A stretch of 64,000 bases of DNA from an uncultured virus (IMG/VR IMGVR_UViG_3300044627_004988) (lineage: Duplodnaviria > Heunggongvirae > Uroviricota > Caudoviricetes), in IMG/VR virus record IMGVR_UViG_3300044627_004988. One strand, 5' to 3'. The notes below the pieces were generated by a model. The model made no database searches. It was not told the origin of the DNA and saw nothing but the letters and a program-made list of their open reading frames with translations. This document shows, in pieces, positions 38,114 through 47,798 of the stretch. How positions within the stretch are numbered: position 1 is the stretch's first letter; the number at the start of each line of letters is the position of its first letter. Both the position numbers and the translations under genes were made by a program.

Positions 38114-38311
38114 ATGGCAGCGAAGAAGCCAAACAAGGTAAATTCTGGAACAGCGACAAAAGAAGCAGAGCGTCTAGGTAAAGCTACTATGTATATAGGC
38201 TACAAAACAGCCGGCTTTACCTGTCCAACTTGTAATAGGAACTTGATTAAAGGTATAATATATGAGCACAACTCTGAAATGTATTGCTCAAGAGGCTGCA
38301 TAGCTAAGTAA
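38114..38311 (+). CDS. Small zinc-finger protein
   Basis: GGAGG SD; CPTC...YCSRGC. Confidence 0.65.
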   Translation: MAAKKPNKVNSGTATKEAERLGKATMYIGYKTAGFTCPTCNRNLIKGIIYEHNSEMYCSRGCIAK

Positions 38312-38476
38312 AGAATAAAGGTAAGAGAAATGAACGACCCAAAATTAGAAAATGATTTATTTATTCAAATAGACGAGTCAATTGACCCTAAGTCTTTAGA
38401 AGAAAGATTGAAAGATCTTTGGAAAAAAGAAGAAGAATTTATGGATTCAATAAAGGAAGAATACAAGTAAATTCTA

Positions 38477-38752
38477 TTATGAATCGCTAGATGCTTTTCT
38501 TGATTTCTTATCTACGCTATTAAATACTTCATTAATTTCTCTAGTGGACAATTTTCCATCATCTAAGAATGCCCTTGACAATCCTTCTATAACAACCGCA
38601 ACACCGGCAATGCCAGCCATTAGCACAGCTTTGACAAGTGGAACCCCAGCTATACTTCCTGCTCCAATGACTCCAAGACCGGAAGCTGCAAATGTAGCAA
38701 TGATTCTTAAGATGATATTTTTTATTTGTGACATGCCCTTATCCTCTTCCAT
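38477..38752 (-). CDS. Small 2-TM membrane protein (holin-like)
   Basis: Two Gly/Ala-rich TM segments, charged C-terminus. Confidence 0.6.
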   Translation of the reverse strand: MEEDKGMSQIKNIILRIIATFAASGLGVIGAGSIAGVPLVKAVLMAGIAGVAVVIEGLSRAFLDDGKLSTREINEVFNSVDKKSRKASSDS

Positions 38753-41655
38753 TAGTCTTCGTCCTTCTTTATCATTACGTATACATAATGCACTACGAAT
38801 GCAGATAACGTTGCTATTAGTGTGATCCTTCTAGTATCACCAGAAAGTGTTGCGAAAACGATCACACTTCCAGATATAGTAAAAGCCATCGCTGCGGTTT
38901 CCCTTGAGAACTTTTTAACAAAGCCCCATGGACTGAATTTTTTGCTCATTGTACCCTCCTGGTATTTGAATATGCTATTTTTTGTAAAGTTACCTTTTTC
39001 AGGGCCTTCAGGGCCCTCGATCTCAACTTCTTCTTCCTCTTCTTCTTCTTTTCTTCCAGCTGGCATGCCTTCGCCACCTGGCTTATTATTATTTGGACCA
39101 CCGCCAGAACCAGAACCACCACCGAGTCCTCCTCCTGTTCCACCCATTGAAGCAGCTGCTGCAGCCAGTGCAGTTGTCGCTGCTATCATTGTCTTACGGG
39201 TTCCTACGTCGATACTAGAACCAACAGCAGTGTAATCGTCAAAGCCGTCACCATAGATGTCGACTTCTTGTTCTAGAGCTTCCTTAATGTCTTGCGGTGC
39301 GTCGGTAAGTGCTGCAGCCAATTCAGCTTCTTGTTCTGGCGTTACACTTGCTATATCCAACGAAGCAAAAACTTCTGTAGCTTGCTCTGGGGTTATGCTT
39401 TCCAAAACTTTAGGGCTTGCAGAAAGTTCAGCTGATTCATCTGCTGATATTTCGTTTTCCAGAATTGAATCAACAGCTGCCGAGACTTGATCTTCGGTAA
39501 CGGTCTCAGATTCAAAGACATTGACTAATTCAGAAAATTGTTCCTGGGTAAGAGGTTCATCTAAAACAGCGGAGATAATTGCATCAAACTTTTCGTCTGA
39601 AATTGGCTCGTCAAATACTGCGTCAAGTGCTGCGCTAAATTGCTCTACAGTCAAAGGCTCAGAGAATACGGCATCAACCGCAGCAGAAAAGCTTTCATCA
39701 GACATAGGTCCATCAAACACAGAATCAATCACTGTTACAAACTGCTCATCGTTTAGGTCCTGTGACAGTAAAGAATCTACTACTGCAGTTAATTCTTCAG
39801 GTGTATTAGCCTCTGTGATAAGATCACCAACAGCATCTGCGAGTTCCCCGTTTGATAATGGACCGTCAAAAATATCTGCTACAGCAGCGTCTGCAGCATC
39901 TTGCACTTCTTCAGGAACTATAATATCTACTGGAGTGTCTTCTGGCTCTGGAGTAGGAACTGGATTTGGGTCTAGATCAGGGACTGAAACTGGAGTTTCA
40001 TCTATTTCTGGAACAGAAACTGGACTTGGGTCTAAGTCAGGAATTGAAACAGTAGTATTTTCTGGTTCAGGTGTTGAAATTGGAGTTGGATCTAGTTCAG
40101 GTATTGAAACAGTAGTGTTTTCTGTTGGGATAGTTTCAATAGGAGGTAGAACAACCGCTGGTGCAGTAGTTGTTGTTGTCGTGCCTGTTGGTACTTGTGG
40201 GATTGTCGTTGTAGTAGTTGTTGTAGTAGTATAAGGCTCTGATGTTGTTACATCAGCAACTTCCTGAGGACCGTACAAACAGTTCCCTACTGCTTCGCCC
40301 ACACATGGGGCGGTGCCTGCTTGAATCTTAAACCTTACAGGGCCATAACCGGTTTGGCCTGAAGTATTAATTGTATAAGTAGTGTTGGCAGCATATGTCC
40401 AAACTCCCCAACCACCAGACTCTGTATTGTTATCTAAATCATAAAAAAGAATATTGTACACATACGGCTGTGTGTTACTTGCGTTTGGTGCATCCCAATC
40501 TAATGTCACGCTTCCATCATCATTTTCTACAGCTGTTAAGTTTTGAATTGAGTTAAAATAAGGTGCAGTAGTTGTAGTTGTTGTATCTGGCACTGTTGTT
40601 GTTGTTGTTGTTGTTGTTGTAGTGGTTGTAGTAGTTGTAGTGGTTGTAGTGGTTGTAGTGGTCGGTGCTGGTTCAGTAGTGGTAGTTGGAGGAAGAGTTG
40701 GTGCTGTTTCGTTATTTGGCTCAACTCCGCCAAATGTTTCGCAAGATCCACCCTGAGTACACTTTTGCGTTGATCCTATCTCGTCATCAACCATCAACAC
40801 TGGAGGTAAACCTTGATCATCTAGGTTGAATGATGTAAAACCAAGTTTGTATGTTCCTGACACAGAGACTTCATAAGTTGATACTTGCCAACCAGTAGCG
40901 CCGTAGGAGTTTGTTGAATAATCTCCTGTGCCTGGGTTTGTAAAGCCCAAAAGGGCATATGATTGTTCAAAGTTATTAACTGTAATTACTGGAGTTGATG
41001 CAACAGTGACAGGAGTAAGCGATGTTATAGAACCATCATTAAATGGAACATAGTCAGTCGCCATATAGTTCCAAGACATTGTGTAAACTACACCCGCAGT
41101 TAATTGAACTTCACGAGTAATCCATGCTGCATCGGTTGGATTACCACCGCCAAATCCAGCAGCAGTAGCCTGCTCTGCAAGCATGGTCTTAATTGCAGAG
41201 TTATCTGTTCCAGAAAGACCAAGTGCGGCGGTTGCTTGATTAAATGTTTGCTCACCTTTTGGTTGCAAAGCAACAGCGTATGTTCCGCCATTTGGAGAAA
41301 ATGTCCAGCTACCTGCAGCAACCGCTGAGGCATAGTATGGGTTCGGGCTGCCATTTGAAAGCGTTGGGCTTCCCATTGCGCCATTTGGACCATGAGTAAA
41401 TGTCCTTGAGCCATTGAATATGGTTACTCCAGTGCCACCTCCGTTAATTGAACTCCCAAGGGTTCCTGTTTGTGATCCCCTTGACCAACCAGTAAAGGTG
41501 TTATCTTCAAATCCCGCATTTGGAATAGAAACAGAGCTGCCAGTAGCATTTGCCTGAAATCCAGCTGAAGTAAAAATTGAAACGGCTATCATAGGCACAA
41601 AAACCCATGCAGCCGAACGCGAAAAGGCCTTACTAATTTTTTTAAATATATTCAC
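38752..41655 (-). CDS. Large secreted, membrane-anchored surface protein (beta-rich domain, Thr linkers, FN3-like domain, acidic repeats, 2 C-terminal TM)
   Basis: Signal-like N-terminus ending ANA; NLTAV...SVTLDWDAP; repeats ENTTVSIP(E/D)LDP and SAAVDAVF.EP. Confidence 0.8.
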   Translation of the reverse strand: MNIFKKISKAFSRSAAWVFVPMIAVSIFTSAGFQANATGSSVSIPNAGFEDNTFTGWSRGSQTGTLGSSINGGGTGVTIFNGSRTFTHGPNGAMGSPTLSNGSPNPYYASAVAAGSWTFSPNGGTYAVALQPKGEQTFNQATAALGLSGTDNSAIKTMLAEQATAAGFGGGNPTDAAWITREVQLTAGVVYTMSWNYMATDYVPFNDGSITSLTPVTVASTPVITVNNFEQSYALLGFTNPGTGDYSTNSYGATGWQVSTYEVSVSGTYKLGFTSFNLDDQGLPPVLMVDDEIGSTQKCTQGGSCETFGGVEPNNETAPTLPPTTTTEPAPTTTTTTTTTTTTTTTTTTTTTTTVPDTTTTTTAPYFNSIQNLTAVENDDGSVTLDWDAPNASNTQPYVYNILFYDLDNNTESGGWGVWTYAANTTYTINTSGQTGYGPVRFKIQAGTAPCVGEAVGNCLYGPQEVADVTTSEPYTTTTTTTTTIPQVPTGTTTTTTAPAVVLPPIETIPTENTTVSIPELDPTPISTPEPENTTVSIPDLDPSPVSVPEIDETPVSVPDLDPNPVPTPEPEDTPVDIIVPEEVQDAADAAVADIFDGPLSNGELADAVGDLITEANTPEELTAVVDSLLSQDLNDEQFVTVIDSVFDGPMSDESFSAAVDAVFSEPLTVEQFSAALDAVFDEPISDEKFDAIISAVLDEPLTQEQFSELVNVFESETVTEDQVSAAVDSILENEISADESAELSASPKVLESITPEQATEVFASLDIASVTPEQEAELAAALTDAPQDIKEALEQEVDIYGDGFDDYTAVGSSIDVGTRKTMIAATTALAAAAASMGGTGGGLGGGSGSGGGPNNNKPGGEGMPAGRKEEEEEEEVEIEGPEGPEKGNFTKNSIFKYQEGTMSKKFSPWGFVKKFSRETAAMAFTISGSVIVFATLSGDTRRITLIATLSAFVVHYVYVMIKKDED
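40594..40662 (-). repeat. 23-codon poly-Thr tract including (ACA)9
   Basis: Direct reading of the TGT/AGT/GGT triplet run on +. Confidence 0.9.
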
Positions 41656-41721
41656 TGGACCCCTCCAATTATGTACTGTTATAGTAACAACTCATAATAA
41701 AAATTAGTCCATAGAAAGGGA

Positions 41722-41755
41722 AGAACCCCAGTAGAAATTAATCCACTGGGGTTCT
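41722..41755 (-). terminator. Hairpin/terminator
   Basis: AGAACCCCAGT/ACTGGGGTTCT 11-bp stem, pyrimidine tail on minus strand. Confidence 0.6.
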
Positions 41756-41796
41756 GCACCGGCCTCCGTAGCAAGGAGATTATTATATCACATAGC

Positions 41797-41922
41797 TTAG
41801 TCTATATCTATCTCATCATCAAAGTCTTTTATAGTGTCAATAACAATATAAAATAGTGCTACTGGCATTGCAAACATTGATAAAAAGATACTAAAAACTA
41901 AAATGTTTTTTAAAATACTCAC
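41797..41922 (-). CDS. 41-aa single-TM peptide downstream of endolysin
   Basis: MSILKNILVFSIFLSMFAMPVALFYIVIDTIKDFDDEIDID, GTG start. Confidence 0.45.
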   Translation of the reverse strand: MSILKNILVFSIFLSMFAMPVALFYIVIDTIKDFDDEIDID

Positions 41923-41932
41923 TGATACCGTA

Positions 41933-42811
41933 TTACTTCATGCGCAAAAGAGCAAATACTTTTGCACCAGCTCTTCCATCAGCCTTAAGACCTTTGGCAG
42001 CTTTGAACTTGTTTACAGAATCTTCTGTTACTTTTCCAAAGTCTCCATCTGCTTTGCCTGCATAAACCTTATGCTTTGCAAGAAGCTTTTGAAGCTCTAC
42101 AACTTCTGGTCCTTTAGATCCAACAGACAAAACCTTGTCGTTGTCTGGATCTGCAGCCTTCTGTTGTTCTACTGGAACAGGAGCTGCTACTGGAGCAGGT
42201 GCTGCTACTGGAGCAGGTGCTGCACCGGAGAGTGCAGGAGCTTGCTTATCGCCAATGCAATACTGCCAATGCCAAGCTTCATACTCTGGGTTTGCTTTAC
42301 CGTCTGGCTTAGTTGGTGCACCCTGTAGGTAGAACCCATAATTAGGTGCATTTTCAGTCATCCATGCGTAAGCCTTTGTTCCACCAATACCAACGATCTT
42401 ACCTTTTGCATCAACAGCAAGGTCGATAGCCAATCCAAAACCGTGGTTAGAGGTTCCAGGGCTACCCGAAGGTGCCATGCCCTTCTTAAGATACCATTTC
42501 TTTCCTTCATAGGTTCTAGTAATCTCTGGCTTACGGTCAGTTGGCTTGTCGCTGTATCTTTCCTTAAACATTGAAAGCTGTTGCTCAACTGGTCGATAGT
42601 CACCAATGTTACGAAGCTTATGGCCTGCAGCCAATGCAGCATCATACATTGCATTGAATGCGTCTGCTGCTCCGGTCCACATAACACCGCCACACTTAAC
42701 CTTCTTCTTCATCTTGTCGGTTAATTTGCCGTTACCAACCTTTTCTACCTCTTTAGGTAGAACCATTTTTGCTACGGGATGGGTCCCTTTGTCTTTGTTT
42801 AAAATGCTCAT
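41933..42811 (-). CDS. Endolysin: M15/VanY-like Zn peptidase plus PG_binding_1 domain
   Basis: YR...Q, PGTSNHGFGLAID, EAWHW; L..GSKG.EV..LQ.LL...DG.FG..T..SV..F. Confidence 0.88.
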   Translation of the reverse strand: MSILNKDKGTHPVAKMVLPKEVEKVGNGKLTDKMKKKVKCGGVMWTGAADAFNAMYDAALAAGHKLRNIGDYRPVEQQLSMFKERYSDKPTDRKPEITRTYEGKKWYLKKGMAPSGSPGTSNHGFGLAIDLAVDAKGKIVGIGGTKAYAWMTENAPNYGFYLQGAPTKPDGKANPEYEAWHWQYCIGDKQAPALSGAAPAPVAAPAPVAAPVPVEQQKAADPDNDKVLSVGSKGPEVVELQKLLAKHKVYAGKADGDFGKVTEDSVNKFKAAKGLKADGRAGAKVFALLRMK

Positions 42812-42859
42812 TATTCTCCTTGGTTTGACTCTCTATTATAGTAATAGATTCTTCGCCAG

Positions 42860-42891
42860 AAAAAACTTAGCCCCCCATTTTACTGGGGGGC
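42860..42891 (-). terminator. Intrinsic terminator
   Basis: GCCCCCCA-GTAAAA-TGGGGGGC then TAAGTTTTTT on minus strand. Confidence 0.65.
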
Positions 42892-43012
42892 CTCGTAGCT
42901 CTTTACTGTCGGTTTCCGTGATATTTATTATACCACATCCACCTTCAGCGCATCTGACTTCGTAGAAATATTATACCACCTTATTGGTGGAAAAGGCAAC
43001 TTGTTTGTCGTT

Positions 43013-43696
43013 TTAAGAAATGCCTAAGGAAGCTTTTATTTTAACAATATCATTATCCATATGATTATGCAGATAGTTTTCCCATTCTGCGCCATCAATT
43101 GAATATCTTTCTGGGGTATTTGTTTCAGAATATGATGCGTCCATATCTGATTTTCCAACAGAGTAATGAAGGTGTTCTATTATTACATTAGGACAGTATG
43201 TAATTGCTTCAAGCTTTAGCCCTACTTGCATCCAAAAATCATCAGCATATAGGTGCTTCTTTGGGTGGATAGGAAGAACCATGTTCCCATCAAGTGGTTT
43301 GATTATATTAGTGGAGAACATAACAGCGGTGCAAAGTTTTTCTCCCTGCAGGAGATCATCGCCGTAAGAAAATCCATACCCTCTTTTTTCTATTGGTTCT
43401 AATAAAATCTGATCCCAGTTTTTTGTTCTAATCCTATGATCATCTCCCATGAAGGCAAAGTACTCGTAGTCGTTGAAGTATTTTTGCGAGATTAGATTCA
43501 TTGTCTGAGGAGCATACACCCTAGGACCAACCTCATACATTGCTCCATCAATTCTTTCGTAATTGTGCTCATCATCTTCATCTAGACCAAAGACTATGTC
43601 ACAGTCAAAAGAGTTTTCCATATATGTGCTATAAAGCTCTTTGACTTTATCCGGCCTACCTCTAGTAGGAACAATTAACAACACTTTTTTATTCAT
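43013..43696 (-). CDS. Glycosyltransferase family 2-like
   Basis: IVPTRGRP, FMGDD, H.YAD, IEHLH. Confidence 0.8.
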   Translation of the reverse strand: MNKKVLLIVPTRGRPDKVKELYSTYMENSFDCDIVFGLDEDDEHNYERIDGAMYEVGPRVYAPQTMNLISQKYFNDYEYFAFMGDDHRIRTKNWDQILLEPIEKRGYGFSYGDDLLQGEKLCTAVMFSTNIIKPLDGNMVLPIHPKKHLYADDFWMQVGLKLEAITYCPNVIIEHLHYSVGKSDMDASYSETNTPERYSIDGAEWENYLHNHMDNDIVKIKASLGIS

Positions 43697-44350
43697 TTAT
43701 TTTATCTCCGCATTTATGTACCAATCATCCCATTCTGATATGGAATCGAATATTCTTATAAAATTTTTCTCTTCTAGAAAATTCTTTATCTTTTCTCTGT
43801 TATCAGAATAGTTATGCTCAACCGTAATAATGTTTATGTGTCTAGAGAAATCATATTCTTTTATAATATCAAATTCAGACCCTTCTGTGTCCATTGATAG
43901 ATAATCAATTATAGCAGGTGCCGAAAAGTTATTTAAAAGATCAGATAAAGATATAGTTTCGACCTCATATGTGAGTCCATTGATCCTACTTACAGAATGT
44001 AAATCAGATTCTTTATATGAAGATATTGTAGAGAGCTCTTCATGTTCAGATTCAAAGAAACTAATTACATCTCCGCTTTTACTGTAAACGCATTTGTCAA
44101 CGATAGTACATTTTCTATTAGCACTTAGTCTATCTTTATAAACTCTAGCTGGTTCGCATAAGATACCTGACCAGCCATAGTCTTTTTCTAGCAGAAAAGT
44201 GTTAGATATATTAACGCCATCAGCTGCACCAAATTCAATAAAATATCCATCTCTCTTATTCTTTAGGGCCCATAGGACTAGTGCATCTTGGCCTAGTTGA
44301 GAATTAATATTAAATTCTTTTTTAAAACTAATAAAATCATTTATATTCAT
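43697..44350 (-). CDS. FkbM-family methyltransferase
   Basis: FIEFGAADG...SNT, LCEP, IDYLSMDTEGSE, TVEHN. Confidence 0.88.
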   Translation of the reverse strand: MNINDFISFKKEFNINSQLGQDALVLWALKNKRDGYFIEFGAADGVNISNTFLLEKDYGWSGILCEPARVYKDRLSANRKCTIVDKCVYSKSGDVISFFESEHEELSTISSYKESDLHSVSRINGLTYEVETISLSDLLNNFSAPAIIDYLSMDTEGSEFDIIKEYDFSRHINIITVEHNYSDNREKIKNFLEEKNFIRIFDSISEWDDWYINAEIK

Positions 44351-44365
44351 TTACTTTTTAACAAT

Positions 44366-45145
44366 CTAAACATAAAACCCCGGATGCTTATTCAAAACAT
44401 ATTCCTTTGATTTTTCCATATTACTAAACCAATTTGGATTGCTATTTCTAATAGTGGAACTTTCAAGTGCCTGTTGTTGAGATGCAACCCAGTTAACTGA
44501 ATTACTTGCATCTGCAAATCTCCAAAACTGAAAAGTAAAACCCTGTTTTGCGCACCTTAATGTGTGCTCTAGGTGTTCCCAGCTATTATAGCACAAAGCT
44601 TCATCCATTAAACCAACTTCTTCAATGCATTTCTTAGTGTAGAACGAGTATGATCCACAGCATGCTGTAAAAACGTCTATTCCATCGACTACTAGATCAG
44701 ACTCACCAATCTCAGTAAGATCGCTAACAGCTAATGGAGAAGTATTCATGGGACTGTGATGGGCATAGTTAAAATGTTGAACATTGCTTTTTATCGAAAC
44801 ATCTATGTAACCAGTCACAGCTTTTTCGTCGATAATTTGCATGTCGTTTTCCATTAAAAATATATAATCACAATTTTTATCTATAATTTTTTTTAGACAA
44901 TTATTTTTTGTTACTGCAACGCTTTTATTTGTTTCGTTGATTATGTATTCGTATTCAAAATTAAAATTAAATTCATTAAGTATCTGATGTATTTCATCTC
45001 TATGTATTTCAGATGCATCGTCGCATACTACCAAATAGTCAACAACACCACTTAGCTTATCTGCAACACTAGCTAAGGCTGTTCTTAAATATTCAGGACG
45101 TTCATGAGTGGGTATACCAACCCCAACTTTTTTATTTAAATACAT
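44366..45145 (-). CDS. Glycosyltransferase family 2
   Basis: IPTHERPEYL..AL.SV, VCDDAS, FLMEND, VGLMDE. Confidence 0.85.
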   Translation of the reverse strand: MYLNKKVGVGIPTHERPEYLRTALASVADKLSGVVDYLVVCDDASEIHRDEIHQILNEFNFNFEYEYIINETNKSVAVTKNNCLKKIIDKNCDYIFLMENDMQIIDEKAVTGYIDVSIKSNVQHFNYAHHSPMNTSPLAVSDLTEIGESDLVVDGIDVFTACCGSYSFYTKKCIEEVGLMDEALCYNSWEHLEHTLRCAKQGFTFQFWRFADASNSVNWVASQQQALESSTIRNSNPNWFSNMEKSKEYVLNKHPGFYV

Positions 45146-46111
45146 TTATAGTTCCCCGTCTATTCTTTCGCGTATCCAATTATATGTTTTTTTAATTCCT
45201 TCAGATAAAGGAAGAGAATAATTCCAGTTTAACTTTTCTTTAATTAAATTGTTGTTTGAATTTCTTCCTCTTACTCCAGTTGGACCAGGGATGTGTGATT
45301 TGACCAAGTGCTTTCCTTCTATAGAGGAAGCTAGGTCTACCAGTTGGTTAATGCTAACCATTTCTTCTGAACCAATATTGACTGGTCCAATAAAATCAGA
45401 ATCCATGAGTCTACGAGTAGCCTCAATGCATTCGTCTATATAAAGAAACGATCTTGTCTGTTCTCCATCCCCCCATATTTCTATAGAGTCTTGGTCTGAC
45501 GCCACTGCAACTTTTCTACAAATGGCTGCGGGTGCTTTCTCTTTGCCACCTTTCCAAGTCCCTTCAGGGCCAAATATATTATGGTATCTAGCAACTCTCA
45601 CTTTTATTCCATAGTTTCTGTGGAAAGAAAAATAAAGTCTTTCACTAAAAAGTTTTTCCCATCCATACTCACTGTCTGGATTTGCGGGATATGCAGAAGA
45701 CTCTTCGCAATTTGGATTATTTGGGTCCATTTGGTTATGCTCTGGGTAAATACATGCGGAGCTACTGTAGAAGATTTTAGTGTTTATAGAATTGTTTTTA
45801 ATTGAATTTAATACATTTAGATTAATTGTTGCTGAGTTATGCATAACATCTGCATCGTGATCGCCAGTAAATATATACCCAGCACCGCCCATGTCTGCGG
45901 CAAATTGATATATTTCATCAAATCCAATTAAGATTTCATCAACAAACTGTGAGTCTCTTAGATCTCCAATTAAAAATTCATCTGCAGATGATTTAGAGAA
46001 ATCAGGCAGCTTTAAGTCTACAGCTCTTACCCAATATCCTTCTTGTTTTAATCTTCTTACCATGTGGCTTCCGATAAAGCCACCACCACCTAAGACTAAT
46101 GCTCTCTTCAT
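45146..46111 (-). CDS. NAD-dependent sugar epimerase (GDP-mannose 3,5-epimerase-like)
   Basis: GGGGFIG, AADMGGAG, SSAC.YP, YGWEK, GGKEKAPAA.CRK. Confidence 0.9.
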   Translation of the reverse strand: MKRALVLGGGGFIGSHMVRRLKQEGYWVRAVDLKLPDFSKSSADEFLIGDLRDSQFVDEILIGFDEIYQFAADMGGAGYIFTGDHDADVMHNSATINLNVLNSIKNNSINTKIFYSSSACIYPEHNQMDPNNPNCEESSAYPANPDSEYGWEKLFSERLYFSFHRNYGIKVRVARYHNIFGPEGTWKGGKEKAPAAICRKVAVASDQDSIEIWGDGEQTRSFLYIDECIEATRRLMDSDFIGPVNIGSEEMVSINQLVDLASSIEGKHLVKSHIPGPTGVRGRNSNNNLIKEKLNWNYSLPLSEGIKKTYNWIRERIDGEL

Positions 46112-46130
46112 TTAACTCTCCTTTATAGGG

Positions 46131-47009
46131 TTATTGGATCGATGATCCATCATAATTAACCCCTCGCGCATGCCAAACCTTTAGTCTAGATTCTTCATCC
46201 ATCCATCCAGTGCCATAGTCCCAACCGTAGTGGTACTCATGTGCCCACATGCACTTGAGGGCTTCAAGCTCATTAAAGTAGAAGCCACCCCACTTCTTAT
46301 TGAACCAATCCCATGATTGGGCTCCAAGTTCAGACCAGGTTTTTTCGTTGCCCTCTCCACTAGCATGGCCTACATGGTTAACGTAACCACTTTGAGAAAT
46401 AAACAGTGGTAGCCCCATAGCCTTGATCCTTATGCTGGTGTCAAAGTCGTCTGCACCCAAAGGCATAGCGTTGTCTAGAGGCCCCATAAGCTTGAAGGAC
46501 TCTGCTCTCATTAGTATACACGCTCCTTGCAAGCTAGAGGCTCTAGTGGGTGGCCTATTCTTTATCGCTGCGTAGAAGTCTTCACGCGAACTAAAACTAG
46601 AGTCTTCAGGGTGGTGGATAATATGATCTTGCATTCCTCCTAGTGCGCTGCCAGTTGGCCCCACTGCACCTGCGTTAGTCTCTATTAGATCCTTGACCAT
46701 TCTTTCTAGGGACTCATTTGGATAGCTAATATCATTATTGGAATAATGTATTATCTTCTCTTGATCATAGTATCTGTTAAACGCTGCGTTGATCGCAGGA
46801 GTCCAGTACATATTCTGGTCAGATGCATGAACTGTTATCAAATCACCAAACATATTGTTTAGTTGTTCCACTGTTCCATCTTTTGAATTGTTATCCCAGA
46901 CGACAATCTTAGTTTTGATAGTCTGATTCAACAGACTTTCTACGGTCATGTATGTGTTCTTGAAATCATTGTATGAAATGATTATAGAAAGTATGCTCTT
47001 CTGGTCCAT
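46131..47009 (-). CDS. Glycosyltransferase family 2
   Basis: IISYN, VWDNNSKDGT, SNND, DD.D.S.R. Confidence 0.85.
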   Translation of the reverse strand: MDQKSILSIIISYNDFKNTYMTVESLLNQTIKTKIVVWDNNSKDGTVEQLNNMFGDLITVHASDQNMYWTPAINAAFNRYYDQEKIIHYSNNDISYPNESLERMVKDLIETNAGAVGPTGSALGGMQDHIIHHPEDSSFSSREDFYAAIKNRPPTRASSLQGACILMRAESFKLMGPLDNAMPLGADDFDTSIRIKAMGLPLFISQSGYVNHVGHASGEGNEKTWSELGAQSWDWFNKKWGGFYFNELEALKCMWAHEYHYGWDYGTGWMDEESRLKVWHARGVNYDGSSIQ

Positions 47010-47018
47010 TTTATCCTC

Positions 47019-47798
47019 TTAGTTAAATACCTTGGTGGTTATTACATTGCCTTTTCGTTCTTCCATCGGAGGCATTTCTCTTATGACAAGAACTCTTTGT
47101 ATCCATCTGTCCGTACCATCGTACCTAGGTTGAAACTCCCTACGTCCGTGGATAGTGCTATTGTTATCTATAACCAATAGATCACCAGATTGTAACACGA
47201 TGTCAATTGTACATTGTTTTATGGCTGAACGCAAACTAACTAACGCGTTATTTGCTTCTTCATTTATTCCGCGCACAAAGTAACTATCGTAAGTGAAGGT
47301 AAGCTTGCCGTCTTTTTCCCCAACAATACTTATTGGTATCTGCTGGTCTTCTTCCCCGTTTGATCTAAAACTTATGTCTACACTGGTAGTAAAGATTTTC
47401 TTTTTTAAAACTTTTCTAGTATCTGGATCTAATATTTTTAGCACATCGGACAAATTAGCATACGTTGTTACAGCATTGGGGTCACCTCTAAGACAAAACA
47501 GCATAACGTAATCTGGCTTGTAGGGGTGAAATGCAGTTTCTGTATGCATCTCCAGCTCTACTTTAGATGAAGTAGATATTTGCTGGTGCTCCGTTTTATG
47601 AACTGGAACTATATTCTGTATAGTCAAGCCGTTTTGCTCTTGTATGTAACCAACAGGAAAACCAAATCGGTAGGCGTACTTATACACTATGTCTTTTACC
47701 TGTTGAAGCGCATAGTCAGGGTACGGAGTTGCCGGAGTCTTTGGTATGTCACCAAATTCAAGGTCTTTAAATATTATTACGCCCATGTTAAATGTCAA
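47019..47798 (-). CDS. Clavaminate-synthase-like (TauD superfamily) 2OG-Fe(II) hydroxylase
   Basis: HTE, PDY..L.CLR, GDLLVIDN...HGR..F.PRYDG.DRW..R. Confidence 0.88.
   Translation of the reverse strand: MTFNMGVIIFKDLEFGDIPKTPATPYPDYALQQVKDIVYKYAYRFGFPVGYIQEQNGLTIQNIVPVHKTEHQQISTSSKVELEMHTETAFHPYKPDYVMLFCLRGDPNAVTTYANLSDVLKILDPDTRKVLKKKIFTTSVDISFRSNGEEDQQIPISIVGEKDGKLTFTYDSYFVRGINEEANNALVSLRSAIKQCTIDIVLQSGDLLVIDNNSTIHGRREFQPRYDGTDRWIQRVLVIREMPPMEERKGNVITTKVFN

Noticed and set aside
38822..40234. Plus-strand ORFs 38822..39235, 39257..39490, 39521..40234
   Set aside because: Antisense shadows of the repetitive surface-protein gene; the same applies to most short opposite-strand ORFs in the track.
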